This document shows positions 1-7,621 of a stretch of DNA of 32,770 nt, piece by piece. The stretch comes from a virus (taxonomy: Duplodnaviria > Heunggongvirae > Uroviricota > Caudoviricetes): positions 1-32,770 of the IMG/VR virus record IMGVR_UViG_2913192161_000005, one strand, 5' to 3'. The position numbers were made by a program, and so were the translations under genes. Position 1 is the first letter of the stretch. Each line of letters starts with the position of its first letter. Under the pieces are notes generated by a model. The model had not been told where the DNA came from, made no database searches, and was given only the letters and a program-made list of their open reading frames with translations.

Positions 1-996
1 TTATGGACGCATTATGGACATTCCTGACACCGGGTTAAGAGTCACTGCATCTTGTAAGAAATCCGGTGCAAAGTGTGCGTAGGTCATAGTTTGCTGAATG
101 TTAGAATGACCCAGGATGCGCTGCAATGTGATTATGTTACCTCCATTCATTATAAAATGTGTGGCAAATGTATGCCTCAAAACATGCACTGCCTGTCCGT
201 CAGGTAAATCGGGTTTTACTTCCCTGAGAGCGTTGCGCACTTTGTAGTAACTGGCATTAAAAAGCCTGCCTGAATTTTTGGTCTTGATCCGTTTAATCAG
301 GTCCTGCGAAACGGGAATTGTCCTGCGCTTTCCGTTTTTAGTTTTCATAAACGTAACCATCTGGTTAATGATGTGTTCAGCTTTTAAATTAGACACTTCA
401 CTCCAGCGTCCACCAGTAGAAAGGCAGACCAGAGTCGCATTTAATTCATCACCATCGAGCATGGATAACAGCCGTGTAATCTCTTCACTGGACAAAAAAG
501 CCATTTCTGTAACAGCTTCACGTAATCGCTTAACCTCACGGAACGGGTTGTGAGAATGGTATTCACCGGCGTCAATTAACTTGGTGAACATCCCGCTCAT
601 TATTGCCAGATGCCGATTTACGCTGGCTGGTTTTAGACCATCGTTCATCATTACAACGCGATAATCAGTTATCGTTTTCTTTGTTAGCTGGTCAGCTCTG
701 GACACTCCCATTTCTGCAAATTTGGCGATTATTGTCGTCAAACGCCCCCGTTCAATATCTCCACGCTCATGTGATTTTCCGTGATATATCCACCATCTGC
801 CTAACAACTCTGTAAGAGTTCGGCGGTCGGCCGGCTTCTCCAACCACTCTTTGTTGTGGTAGTTAACCAAGACATGACGCTCGAATGCCTGGGCTTCACC
901 TTTAGTTTTAAATTTCCGCCTGATACGTTTTCCATCTGCACCCTGCGGTCTGACGTCCACTTCATAACGACCATCATCGAGCTTTTTAATAGACAT
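1..996 (-). CDS. int: Tyrosine site-specific integrase (P2 Int-like), 331 aa
   Basis: ORF track 1..996 minus. C-terminal catalytic region HVLRHTFATHF..GGNIITLQRILGH..TMTYAHF is a typical tyrosine-recombinase box; N-terminus MSIKKLDDGRYEVD resembles P2 Int as I recall it. Sits next to divergent C repressor as in P2 prophage left end. Confidence 0.93.
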   Translation of the reverse strand: MSIKKLDDGRYEVDVRPQGADGKRIRRKFKTKGEAQAFERHVLVNYHNKEWLEKPADRRTLTELLGRWWIYHGKSHERGDIERGRLTTIIAKFAEMGVSRADQLTKKTITDYRVVMMNDGLKPASVNRHLAIMSGMFTKLIDAGEYHSHNPFREVKRLREAVTEMAFLSSEEITRLLSMLDGDELNATLVCLSTGGRWSEVSNLKAEHIINQMVTFMKTKNGKRRTIPVSQDLIKRIKTKNSGRLFNASYYKVRNALREVKPDLPDGQAVHVLRHTFATHFIMNGGNIITLQRILGHSNIQQTMTYAHFAPDFLQDAVTLNPVSGMSIMRP

Positions 997-1089
997 AAAG
1001 CCCTCCGATGACGCTGTTTACTTCTACTACTTGAAAATTAATGCAATTTTCTTTCGTACATTTACTGCACACATATGCTGAATAAATCG

Positions 1090-1401
1090 TCAGCCAGTCT
1101 TTTGGTCTGAGTGGTGCAAGGTTGTTGAGTCTTGCCCAATGTGCGCGAGCGCCGGGGCTATTTGTCCGCCAGCGGGATCAGTTTCATCAAACATGAACCA
1201 GTCACGGTACTTGCGAAATCTTTCTGGCTTGAAAAATTTCATACCTGCGTCAAAAGACATCTTTACTTTTCCCTGCTCATATCCAGCATAGGTGTTGTAG
1301 TTAATCCCAGTTAATTCAGCGACTTGCTTCCTTGTCATCCTTTCTGACTCCCTAATAAGTGCGAGTTTCTCTGCTTGAGATGTGATTTGTGTATTTGACA
1401 T
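1090..1401 (-). CDS. C: Immunity repressor C (P2 C-like), 103 aa
   Basis: ORF 1090..1449 minus; internal ATG at 1401 gives MSNTQITSQAEKL..., whose C-terminal half (GQIAPALAH.GQ..T...HS.QKTG) matches my recollection of P2 C. Position between int and cox. Confidence 0.8.
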   Translation of the reverse strand: MSNTQITSQAEKLALIRESERMTRKQVAELTGINYNTYAGYEQGKVKMSFDAGMKFFKPERFRKYRDWFMFDETDPAGGQIAPALAHIGQDSTTLHHSDQKTG

Positions 1402-1505
1402 GAATTGTCGTATCTCGTAATTTATGTTGCATGCGACAAGCCAGAACAACGCAGAGCGGCTTCAAATAGCTCTGGTTGAATGGCACCAAAGTTGAGGATA
1501 TCAAA
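1402..1505. promoter_or_regulatory. Divergent early promoter/operator region (Pc leftward, Pe rightward) of the lysis-lysogeny switch
   Basis: Intergenic region between divergently oriented C (minus) and cox (plus), as in P2. Specific -35/-10 and operator repeats were not resolved by eye. Confidence 0.4.
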
Positions 1506-1862
1506 ATGAGTATTGGATCAGAAATGAATAACGATGTTGGAGAAAAAGTATCTGATCTCACAAAAAGTAAAAAATGTGACATCAAGCTCGCTGCCGCACC
1601 GTCGGATCTACTCTCGAAAGAGGGTTTTGCTCTTTACATCGGTAAGACGCCTCGCGCTGTAGCTGAAATGGCGAAAGCAGGCAAGCTGCCTGCCTTTTAC
1701 ATGGCAGACCCATTAAAGCCGGGAGGTCATGCTGAGTTATGGATTAATCGTCGTGAGTGGGACAAGTACGCAGCACAGCTAGTCGATGAAGCTCCATCAG
1801 AATGGCACGACTGGAAAAATCGCATTAGTTATAGCAAATCAAGACATGGCCGTGCGGCTTAA
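1506..1862 (+). CDS. cox: Cox-like excisionase / early transcriptional regulator, 118 aa
   Basis: ORF track 1476..1862 (TTG start); ATG at 1506 preceded by GAGGAT 6 nt upstream. First rightward gene after C, as P2 cox; longer than the 91 aa I recall for P2 Cox. Confidence 0.55.
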   Translation: MSIGSEMNNDVGEKVSDLTKSKKCDIKLAAAPSDLLSKEGFALYIGKTPRAVAEMAKAGKLPAFYMADPLKPGGHAELWINRREWDKYAAQLVDEAPSEWHDWKNRISYSKSRHGRAA

Positions 1863-1872
1863 GGTGGAAAGG

Positions 1873-2043
1873 ATGAAGGAGCCGCGTTGTATTGCTCAGT
1901 TACTGCGTAACGAAAGCCCCAGGGCGATTGACTTCACCATCACCCACGGGAAGGGACGCAAGGGAATCATTATCCGCACCAAAAAACAGAGTCCGTTAAA
2001 AAAGGCTCTGACCTTTCTGAAAAGCCGGAGGGTATGGAAATGA
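1873..2043 (+). CDS. Small basic hypothetical protein, 56 aa (P2 orf78 position)
   Basis: In-frame ATG at 1873 within ORF 1786..2043, preceded by AAGGTGGAAAGG. Lys/Arg-rich; overlaps next gene start. Confidence 0.4.
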   Translation: MKEPRCIAQLLRNESPRAIDFTITHGKGRKGIIIRTKKQSPLKKALTFLKSRRVWK

Positions 2044-2540
2044 CAGTGATGACGCTCAATCTTGTTGAAAAACAGCCAGCAACTATGCGCCGGATAATTG
2101 GTAAGCATCTGGCCGTCCCTCGCTGGCAGGAGACATGCGATTATTATAACCAGATGATGGAACGTGAACGGCTAACGGTTTGCTTCCATGCGCAGTTAAA
2201 ACAGCGTCACGCAACGATGCGTTTTGAAGAAATGAACGACGTCGAACGTGAACGACTGGTATGTGCAATTGATGAATTGCGTGGGGCATTCTCAAAACGC
2301 CGTCAGGTTGGCGCAAGTGAGTATGCATATATTAGTTTTTTAACAGTCAGTCAGCGTCGCACTTTATTTATGCACGCACGACTGACAGAAAAAGAATTTA
2401 ACCAGCCATACTGGCGAATTAATGAGGAATCATGTTACTGGCGTGATGCTTTATTCCGTGCATTACGTGAATTATTCAGTCTGTTTGAGTATGCGCCGAC
2501 AATTCTGACGTCGGTAAAACCAGAGCAATATCTGCATTAA
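2034..2540 (+). CDS. B: Replication protein B-like, 168 aa
   Basis: ORF 2034..2540 with GGAGGG upstream. Assigned by position between cox and A and by size close to P2 B; no motif recognised. Confidence 0.5.
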   Translation: MEMTVMTLNLVEKQPATMRRIIGKHLAVPRWQETCDYYNQMMERERLTVCFHAQLKQRHATMRFEEMNDVERERLVCAIDELRGAFSKRRQVGASEYAYISFLTVSQRRTLFMHARLTEKEFNQPYWRINEESCYWRDALFRALRELFSLFEYAPTILTSVKPEQYLH

Positions 2541-2603
2541 GTAATTAACCAAAGTTTTTAACGCACTTAATCGTGCGGGGCTTCTTTTTGCCTGGAGAAA
2601 GTC

Positions 2604-2828
2604 ATGCATACAGTTTCTGAAAATCAGTGCGGTAAATACGCATTACTGCTGCAACAGGCCAGAACCGAAGCACAGGCCGACGCTGCGACGCGCTTTTCTT
2701 CTCATCTTGACGCCATGATTCGCCACATCACAAAGGCGGAGTTATCCCGCGTGGAGATAGTCGAGCTGCTCAGTCAGGAGTCGGAAAAATTTCACAATAT
2801 CGGATTGTCTCGCGGGGAGGTGCTTTGA
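2604..2828 (+). CDS. Hypothetical early-region protein, 74 aa
   Basis: ORF 2604..2828 with GGAGAAA upstream; stop overlaps next start (TGATG). Confidence 0.5.
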   Translation: MHTVSENQCGKYALLLQQARTEAQADAATRFSSHLDAMIRHITKAELSRVEIVELLSQESEKFHNIGLSRGEVL

Positions 2829-3127
2829 TGTCCTGTTCTCATTCAGTTGTATTACTGAACAATGCCTTAAAAATCTCCGTTATGAAAAATGGCGATTTGT
2901 CTCTTATTCAACTTTGTCTTGATAAAGAAAAACGCGACATAACTGAATCTGTTATCGCGATTTATCAGAATGAATTAAACCTCCTGTCTGATGTGGTCAA
3001 TTTACTTGTTAAACGCGCTGTATTCCACAAGCAAATTTCCTCAGTGGATGAACTGACAAAATTAACGACAGAACTTGCCAGTTATTGCGCTGATGTATCC
3101 AGGAAACTTAACGATAAAAGGAGCTGA
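2828..3127 (+). CDS. Hypothetical early-region protein, 99 aa
   Basis: ORF track 2825..3127 (TTG); ATG at 2828 overlaps upstream stop, suggesting translational coupling. Confidence 0.5.
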   Translation: MSCSHSVVLLNNALKISVMKNGDLSLIQLCLDKEKRDITESVIAIYQNELNLLSDVVNLLVKRAVFHKQISSVDELTKLTTELASYCADVSRKLNDKRS

Positions 3128-3129
3128 TA

Positions 3130-3354
3130 ATGCCGGACAACGTAGATTTTATTCAGGAACAACAGGCTGAATTACTGGAGCGCCAGATTAACGCGGCAAG
3201 GGTAAAACATTGCGGTGCTTCTGCGCTGGTTTGCGAAGAGTGTGACGCGCCAATACCTGCTGCCCGTCGTGCGGCTTATCCGTCAGCCACGCGTTGTGTT
3301 TCCTGTCAGTCAGTCTTTGAAGCAAAAAACAAACATTACCGGAGAACGGCATGA
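3130..3354 (+). CDS. TraR/DksA-family C4 zinc-finger protein, 74 aa
   Basis: ORF 3130..3354 with AAGGAGC upstream. Contains CxxC-(17)-CxxC (CEECDAPIPAARRAAYPSATRCVSC), typical of TraR/DksA-type zinc fingers. Confidence 0.6.
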   Translation: MPDNVDFIQEQQAELLERQINAARVKHCGASALVCEECDAPIPAARRAAYPSATRCVSCQSVFEAKNKHYRRTA

Positions 3355-3626
3355 GTATTCGTATTGAAATTGGCGAACGTTATGTCGTTACCAGTGACAG
3401 CTTTCAGTTTATTCTCCACGAGAAAAAGAGAGCTGAAAGCGGTAAAAACGCCGGTCAGGAATGGCTGGCGGTGGTTGGTTATTACCCGAAATTAAGCCAG
3501 CTCGTTTCCGGCCTGATGCATCACGATATTCTGACCGGAAGCGCAAAGTCTTTTGCTGATTTAAACGCGCAGGTTGAGCAACTCAGCAAGCGTTGTTCAG
3601 AGGCTTTTGGCTCATATGGCCGTTAA
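3351..3626 (+). CDS. Hypothetical protein, 91 aa (P2 orf83 position)
   Basis: ORF 3351..3626 with GGAGA upstream; 3' end overlaps start of A. Confidence 0.5.
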   Translation: MSIRIEIGERYVVTSDSFQFILHEKKRAESGKNAGQEWLAVVGYYPKLSQLVSGLMHHDILTGSAKSFADLNAQVEQLSKRCSEAFGSYGR

Positions 3627-5901
3627 AGCCTCCGGGCGTTTTGTCCCTCCGTCAGCATTTGCCGCAGGCACCGGTAAGACGTTTACCGGTGCTTATGCAT
3701 GGAACGCGCCACGCGAGGCTGTCGGGCGCGAAAGACCCCTTACACGTGACGAGATGCGTCAGGTGCAAGGTGTTTTATCCACGATTAACCGCCTGCCTTA
3801 CTTTTTGCGCTCGCTGTTTACTTCACGCTATGACTACATTCGGCGCAATAAAAGCCCGGTGCACGGGTTTTATTTCCTCACATCCACTTTTCAGCGTCGT
3901 TTATGGCCGCGCATTGAGCGCGTGAATCAGCGCCATGAAATGAATACCGACGCGTCGTTGCTGTTTCTGGCAGAGCGTGACCACTATGCGCGCCTGCCTG
4001 GAATGAATGACAAGGAGCTGAAAAAGTTTGCTGCCCGTATCTCATCGCAGCTTTTCATGATGTATGAGGAACTCTGCGATGCCTGGGTTGATGCACATGG
4101 CGAGAAAGAATCGCTGTTTACGGATGAGGCGCAGGCTCACCTGTATGGTCATGTTGCTGGTGCTGCACGTGCTTTCAATATTTCCCCGCTCTACTGGAAA
4201 AAATACCGTAAAGGGCAGATGACCACGAGGCAGGCATATTCTGCCATTGCCCGCCTGTTTAACGATGAGTGGTGGACTCATCAGCTTAAAGGCCAGCGTA
4301 TGCGCTGGCATGAGGCGTTACTGATTGCTGTCGGGGAGGTCAATAAAGACCGTTCTCCTTATGCCAGTAAACACGCCATTCGTGATGTGCGTGCACGCCG
4401 CCAGGCAAATCTGGAATTTCTTAAATCGTGTGACCTCGAAAACAGGGAAACCGGCGAGCGCATCGACCTTATCAGTAAGGTGATGGGCAGTATTTCTAAT
4501 CCAGAAATTCGCCGGATGGAGCTGATGAACACCATCGCCGGAATTGAGCGTTACGCCGCCGCAGAGGGTGATGTGGGGATGTTTATCACGCTGACCGCGC
4601 CGTCAAAGTATCACCCGACACGTCAGGTCGGAAAAGGCGAAAGTAAAACCGTCCAGCTTAATCACGGCTGGAACCATGAGGCATTTAATCCAAAGGATGC
4701 GCAGCGTTATCTCTGCCGTATCTGGAGCCTGATGCGCACGGCATTCAAAGATAATGATTTACAGGCCTACGGTTTGCGTGTCGTTGAGCCACACCACGAC
4801 GGAACGCCGCACTGGCATATGATGCTTTTTTGTAATCCACGCCAGCGTAACCAGATTATCGAAATCATGCGTCGCTATGCGCTCAAAGAGGATGGCGACG
4901 AAAGAGGAGCCGCGCGAAACCGTTTTCAGGCGAAACACCTTAACCGGGGCGGTGCTGCGGGGTATATCGCGAAATACATCTCAAAAAATATCGACGGCTA
5001 TGCACTGGATGGTCAGCTCGATAATGATACCGGCAGACCGCTGAAAGACACTGCCGCGGCTGTTACCGCATGGGCGTCAACGTGGCGCATCCCGCAATTT
5101 AAAACGGTTGGTCTGCCGACAATGGGGGCTTACCGTGAACTACGCAAATTGCCTCGCGGCGTCAGCATTGCTGATGAGTTTGACGAGCGCGTCGAGGCTG
5201 CACGCGCCGCTGCAGACAGTGGTGATTTTGCGTTGTATATCAGCGCGCAGGGCGGGGCAAATGTCCCGCGCGATTGTCAGACTGTCAGGGTCGCCCGTAG
5301 CCCGTCGGATGACGTTAACGAGTACGAGGAAGAAGTCGAGAGAGTGGTCGGCATTTACGCGCCGCATCTCGGCGCGCGTCATATTCATATCACCAGAACG
5401 ACGGACTGGCGCATTGTGCCGAAAGTGCCGGTCGTTGAGCCTTTGACTTTAAAAAGCGGCATCGCCGCGCCTCGGAGTCCTGTCAATAACTGTGGAAAGC
5501 TCACCGGTGGTGATACTTCGTTACCGGCTCCCACACCTTCTGAACACGCCGCAGCAGTGCTTAATCTGGTTGATGATGGTGTTATCGAATGGAATGACCC
5601 GGAGGTCGTGAGGGCGCTCAGGGGCGCATTAAAACACGACCTGAGAACACCAAACCGTCAGCAAAGAAACGGAAGCCCGTTAAAACCACATGAAATTGCA
5701 CCATCGGCCAGACTTACCCGGTCGGAAAGAATGCAAATTACCCGTATCCGCGTTGACCTTGCTCAGAAGGGTATCAGGCCGCAGCGATGGGAGCTTGAGG
5801 CGCTGGCGCGTGGCGCGACCGTAAATTATGACGGGAAAAAATTCACGTATCCGGTCGCTGATGAGTGGCCGGGATTCTCAACAGTAATGGAGTGGAGATG
5901 A
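3616..5901 (+). CDS. A: Rolling-circle replication initiator A (P2 gpA), 761 aa
   Basis: ORF track 3574..5901 (TTG); ATG at 3616 gives MAVKASGRFVPPSAFAAGTGK..., matching my recollection of the P2 gpA N-terminus, and gives the 761-aa length I recall for P2 A. Contains HWHMMLF and the catalytic-type YIAKYISKN tyrosine motif. Confidence 0.93.
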   Translation: MAVKASGRFVPPSAFAAGTGKTFTGAYAWNAPREAVGRERPLTRDEMRQVQGVLSTINRLPYFLRSLFTSRYDYIRRNKSPVHGFYFLTSTFQRRLWPRIERVNQRHEMNTDASLLFLAERDHYARLPGMNDKELKKFAARISSQLFMMYEELCDAWVDAHGEKESLFTDEAQAHLYGHVAGAARAFNISPLYWKKYRKGQMTTRQAYSAIARLFNDEWWTHQLKGQRMRWHEALLIAVGEVNKDRSPYASKHAIRDVRARRQANLEFLKSCDLENRETGERIDLISKVMGSISNPEIRRMELMNTIAGIERYAAAEGDVGMFITLTAPSKYHPTRQVGKGESKTVQLNHGWNHEAFNPKDAQRYLCRIWSLMRTAFKDNDLQAYGLRVVEPHHDGTPHWHMMLFCNPRQRNQIIEIMRRYALKEDGDERGAARNRFQAKHLNRGGAAGYIAKYISKNIDGYALDGQLDNDTGRPLKDTAAAVTAWASTWRIPQFKTVGLPTMGAYRELRKLPRGVSIADEFDERVEAARAAADSGDFALYISAQGGANVPRDCQTVRVARSPSDDVNEYEEEVERVVGIYAPHLGARHIHITRTTDWRIVPKVPVVEPLTLKSGIAAPRSPVNNCGKLTGGDTSLPAPTPSEHAAAVLNLVDDGVIEWNDPEVVRALRGALKHDLRTPNRQQRNGSPLKPHEIAPSARLTRSERMQITRIRVDLAQKGIRPQRWELEALARGATVNYDGKKFTYPVADEWPGFSTVMEWR

Positions 5902-6353
5902 TGGCAAAAATTCACGAGGTAAAGCTGCACGCAAAATATTTCGACCTTGTGCTGGAAGGAAAGAAACGCGCAGAGTTTCGGAAAAATGACCGTAATTATG
6001 AGCACGGGGACACGTTGATTTTGCATGAATGGGGGCAGGGTGTGTATACGGGGCGAAAGGTTGAAGCCCGGATAACAGATGTTACTGACCTGTCAGACTG
6101 GCTGGAAGATTATGTCTTGCTAAGTATTGAGCTGCTTAATACAGGCGCATATGAGATTGTGAACTGGAAAGAACTTAGTGAGCGTGGTCTGGTATTCAGA
6201 ATTAATCATGAAATTATGCATCAGCTCGGCCTTGCTGTTATGTATGAACCAGAGACGGGGATGTCTGGCGGGGCAATGGTTGCCACGGATGGAGCATGGA
6301 ACTATTCAGATGAACAGATGGAGCGTGCACAGCAAAACGGGTGGCTTGGATAA
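5898..6353 (+). CDS. DUF3850/ASCH-like protein with C-terminal extension, about 151 aa (P2 orf91 position)
   Basis: In-frame ATG at 5898/5901 within ORF 5865..6353, overlapping A stop. N-terminal MAKIHEVKLHAKYFDLVLEGKKRAEFRKNDRNYEHGDTLILHEW fits the DUF3850 (ASCH-like) pattern as I recall it. Confidence 0.65.
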   Translation: MMAKIHEVKLHAKYFDLVLEGKKRAEFRKNDRNYEHGDTLILHEWGQGVYTGRKVEARITDVTDLSDWLEDYVLLSIELLNTGAYEIVNWKELSERGLVFRINHEIMHQLGLAVMYEPETGMSGGAMVATDGAWNYSDEQMERAQQNGWLG

Positions 6354-6559
6354 TGCACAGAATACCAGGCGAGATACCGCACCATAAAACTAAAAATATC
6401 AAGCTGATGGCTATTGTTCAGCGTTTACAGCGGATTATGGTCAACGAAAATCTGACGCCCGATGAGCTGGTCGGGTGTGCCGAAATAGTCCGGGATAATT
6501 ACGGGCGGTTTAATCATATCGGTCAATCAAGAGTTACGCCACCACCACGCAGACGATAG
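6353..6559 (+). CDS. Small hypothetical protein, 68 aa
   Basis: ATG at 6353 overlapping the upstream stop (TAATG) within ORF 6341..6559. No recognisable motif; stop is 3 bp before repeat copy 1. Confidence 0.35.
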   Translation: MHRIPGEIPHHKTKNIKLMAIVQRLQRIMVNENLTPDELVGCAEIVRDNYGRFNHIGQSRVTPPPRRR

Positions 6560-6561
6560 AG

Positions 6562-6630
6562 AACGCCGCCAGTCGTGAAACTTGTTTTCAGGGCTGGCGG
6601 GGTTGAACAACGAGCGAAGCGAGGCGTTAG
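6562..6630. repeat. 69-bp structured direct repeat, copy 1
   Basis: aacgccgccagtcgtgaaacttgttttcagggctggcggggttgaacaacgagcgaagcgaggcgttag. Roughly 62 of 69 positions identical to copy 2. Internal 15-position hairpin (ccgccag...ctggcgg) and outer complementary ends aacgcc/ggcgtt. Confidence 0.7.
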
Positions 6631-6782
6631 TTGACAGACATATTTTTACTGCGTTGGTGCCGGTTTTTGACGGTTGAAAGGAGTTAGGTTGGAGAGCTAA
6701 CAACTTACAAATATTCAAAAGTAAGCATCCTGTTGCTAACATGAGGTCGATTTTTTATGTGGATGATGCAAAAAGGATAGCT

Positions 6783-7514
6783 ATGGATACTATAATCGCT
6801 TTTCTATCACTCGCTTTTTTCGTTGCTTTCTTCATCGGGTTAATCAAGCCATCACTGGTGCGAATGCCAAACCGCAAACGTGCAAGTGCGGTTTATCTCG
6901 GAGGAGGTTTTGTATTGAGCATAATTGGTTCAATACTCTATCCAACAGAAAAAAGCCAGCCAGTTGCCAAAACTGAAACATCAACCGTTGCAGAACACAA
7001 AGTCCAAAAAACATTCGAATATGGTGAAAAAACACTCAAGGAATATCGGAACGAGTCAAAGAAAACACGACACGATATTGTGAATAGTTACATTGATTTT
7101 AAGGAAGTGCCAGTCACCGCATCAGATGCATTTTATGCCTGCATGAGTGAGTATACATTTACCAAAGATGATGAGTTGAAACTCGGTGATGTTCTTGGGT
7201 GGTGCTTTAATGATTATGAAAATGCCCCGGATTCACTAAACAATAAAATCAATCTTGATACATTTCAGAGTAATTTTAGTGGTTGGGATGGTTCTTATCG
7301 TCCATTGGAAAAACTAATTAAAGATAATATGAACGATGATTCATCTTATAAACATGTGTCAACGGTATATCATTTGGTTTTGAATAAAGACCCGCACGCC
7401 ATTGTGAAAACCACGTTTCGCGGCACTAATGCTTATGGTGGAGTGGTAAAGCAGACCGTAGCGGCGCGCGTCAACGTGCGAACGGGTGAGGTCGATTCGA
7501 TACTCGACAATTAA
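6783..7514 (+). CDS. Cargo membrane protein, two N-terminal TM helices plus about 170-aa soluble domain, 243 aa
   Basis: ORF track 6741..7514; ATG at 6783 has AAGGA upstream and is preferred. Hydrophobic stretches IIAFLSLAFFVAFFIGLI and AVYLGGGFVLSIIGSILY. AT-rich; no P2 backbone counterpart recognised. Confidence 0.6.
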   Translation: MDTIIAFLSLAFFVAFFIGLIKPSLVRMPNRKRASAVYLGGGFVLSIIGSILYPTEKSQPVAKTETSTVAEHKVQKTFEYGEKTLKEYRNESKKTRHDIVNSYIDFKEVPVTASDAFYACMSEYTFTKDDELKLGDVLGWCFNDYENAPDSLNNKINLDTFQSNFSGWDGSYRPLEKLIKDNMNDDSSYKHVSTVYHLVLNKDPHAIVKTTFRGTNAYGGVVKQTVAARVNVRTGEVDSILDN

Positions 7515-7528
7515 ACAATATAGTGACA

Positions 7529-7597
7529 AACGCCGCCAGTACTGAAACTTGTTTTCAGTGCTGGCGGGGTTAAACAACGAGCCACGCGAGGCGTTAG
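7529..7597. repeat. 69-bp structured direct repeat, copy 2
   Basis: aacgccgccagtactgaaacttgttttcagtgctggcggggttaaacaacgagccacgcgaggcgttag. Starts 15 bp after the stop of the 6783..7514 gene; hairpin ccgccagtactgaaa-cttg-ttttcagtgctggcgg at 7533..7567. Confidence 0.7.
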
Positions 7598-7621
7598 ACT
7601 AAATTAAATTGAGGCCGAAAA

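Noticed and set aside
1132-1314. 60-aa plus-strand ORF antisense to the C repressor gene
   Set aside because: Completely contained within C on the opposite strand; no ribosome-binding site; likely an artefact.
3593-5446. Several ORFs in alternative frames or on the opposite strand inside replication gene A (for example 3593..3925 +, 4042..4311 -, 5108..5446 +, 5140..5388 -)
   Set aside because: They are fully nested in a long, well-supported coding frame in GC-rich DNA, where spurious open frames are common; no independent start signals were seen.
6562-7597. Interpretation of the 69-bp repeats as integron attC sites bounding a gene cassette
   Set aside because: No integron integrase is present. 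The ends show only a partial resemblance to the GTTRRRY core (GTTAGAC in copy 2 but GTTAGTT in copy 1) and no convincing inverse core, so the resemblance is probably coincidental.
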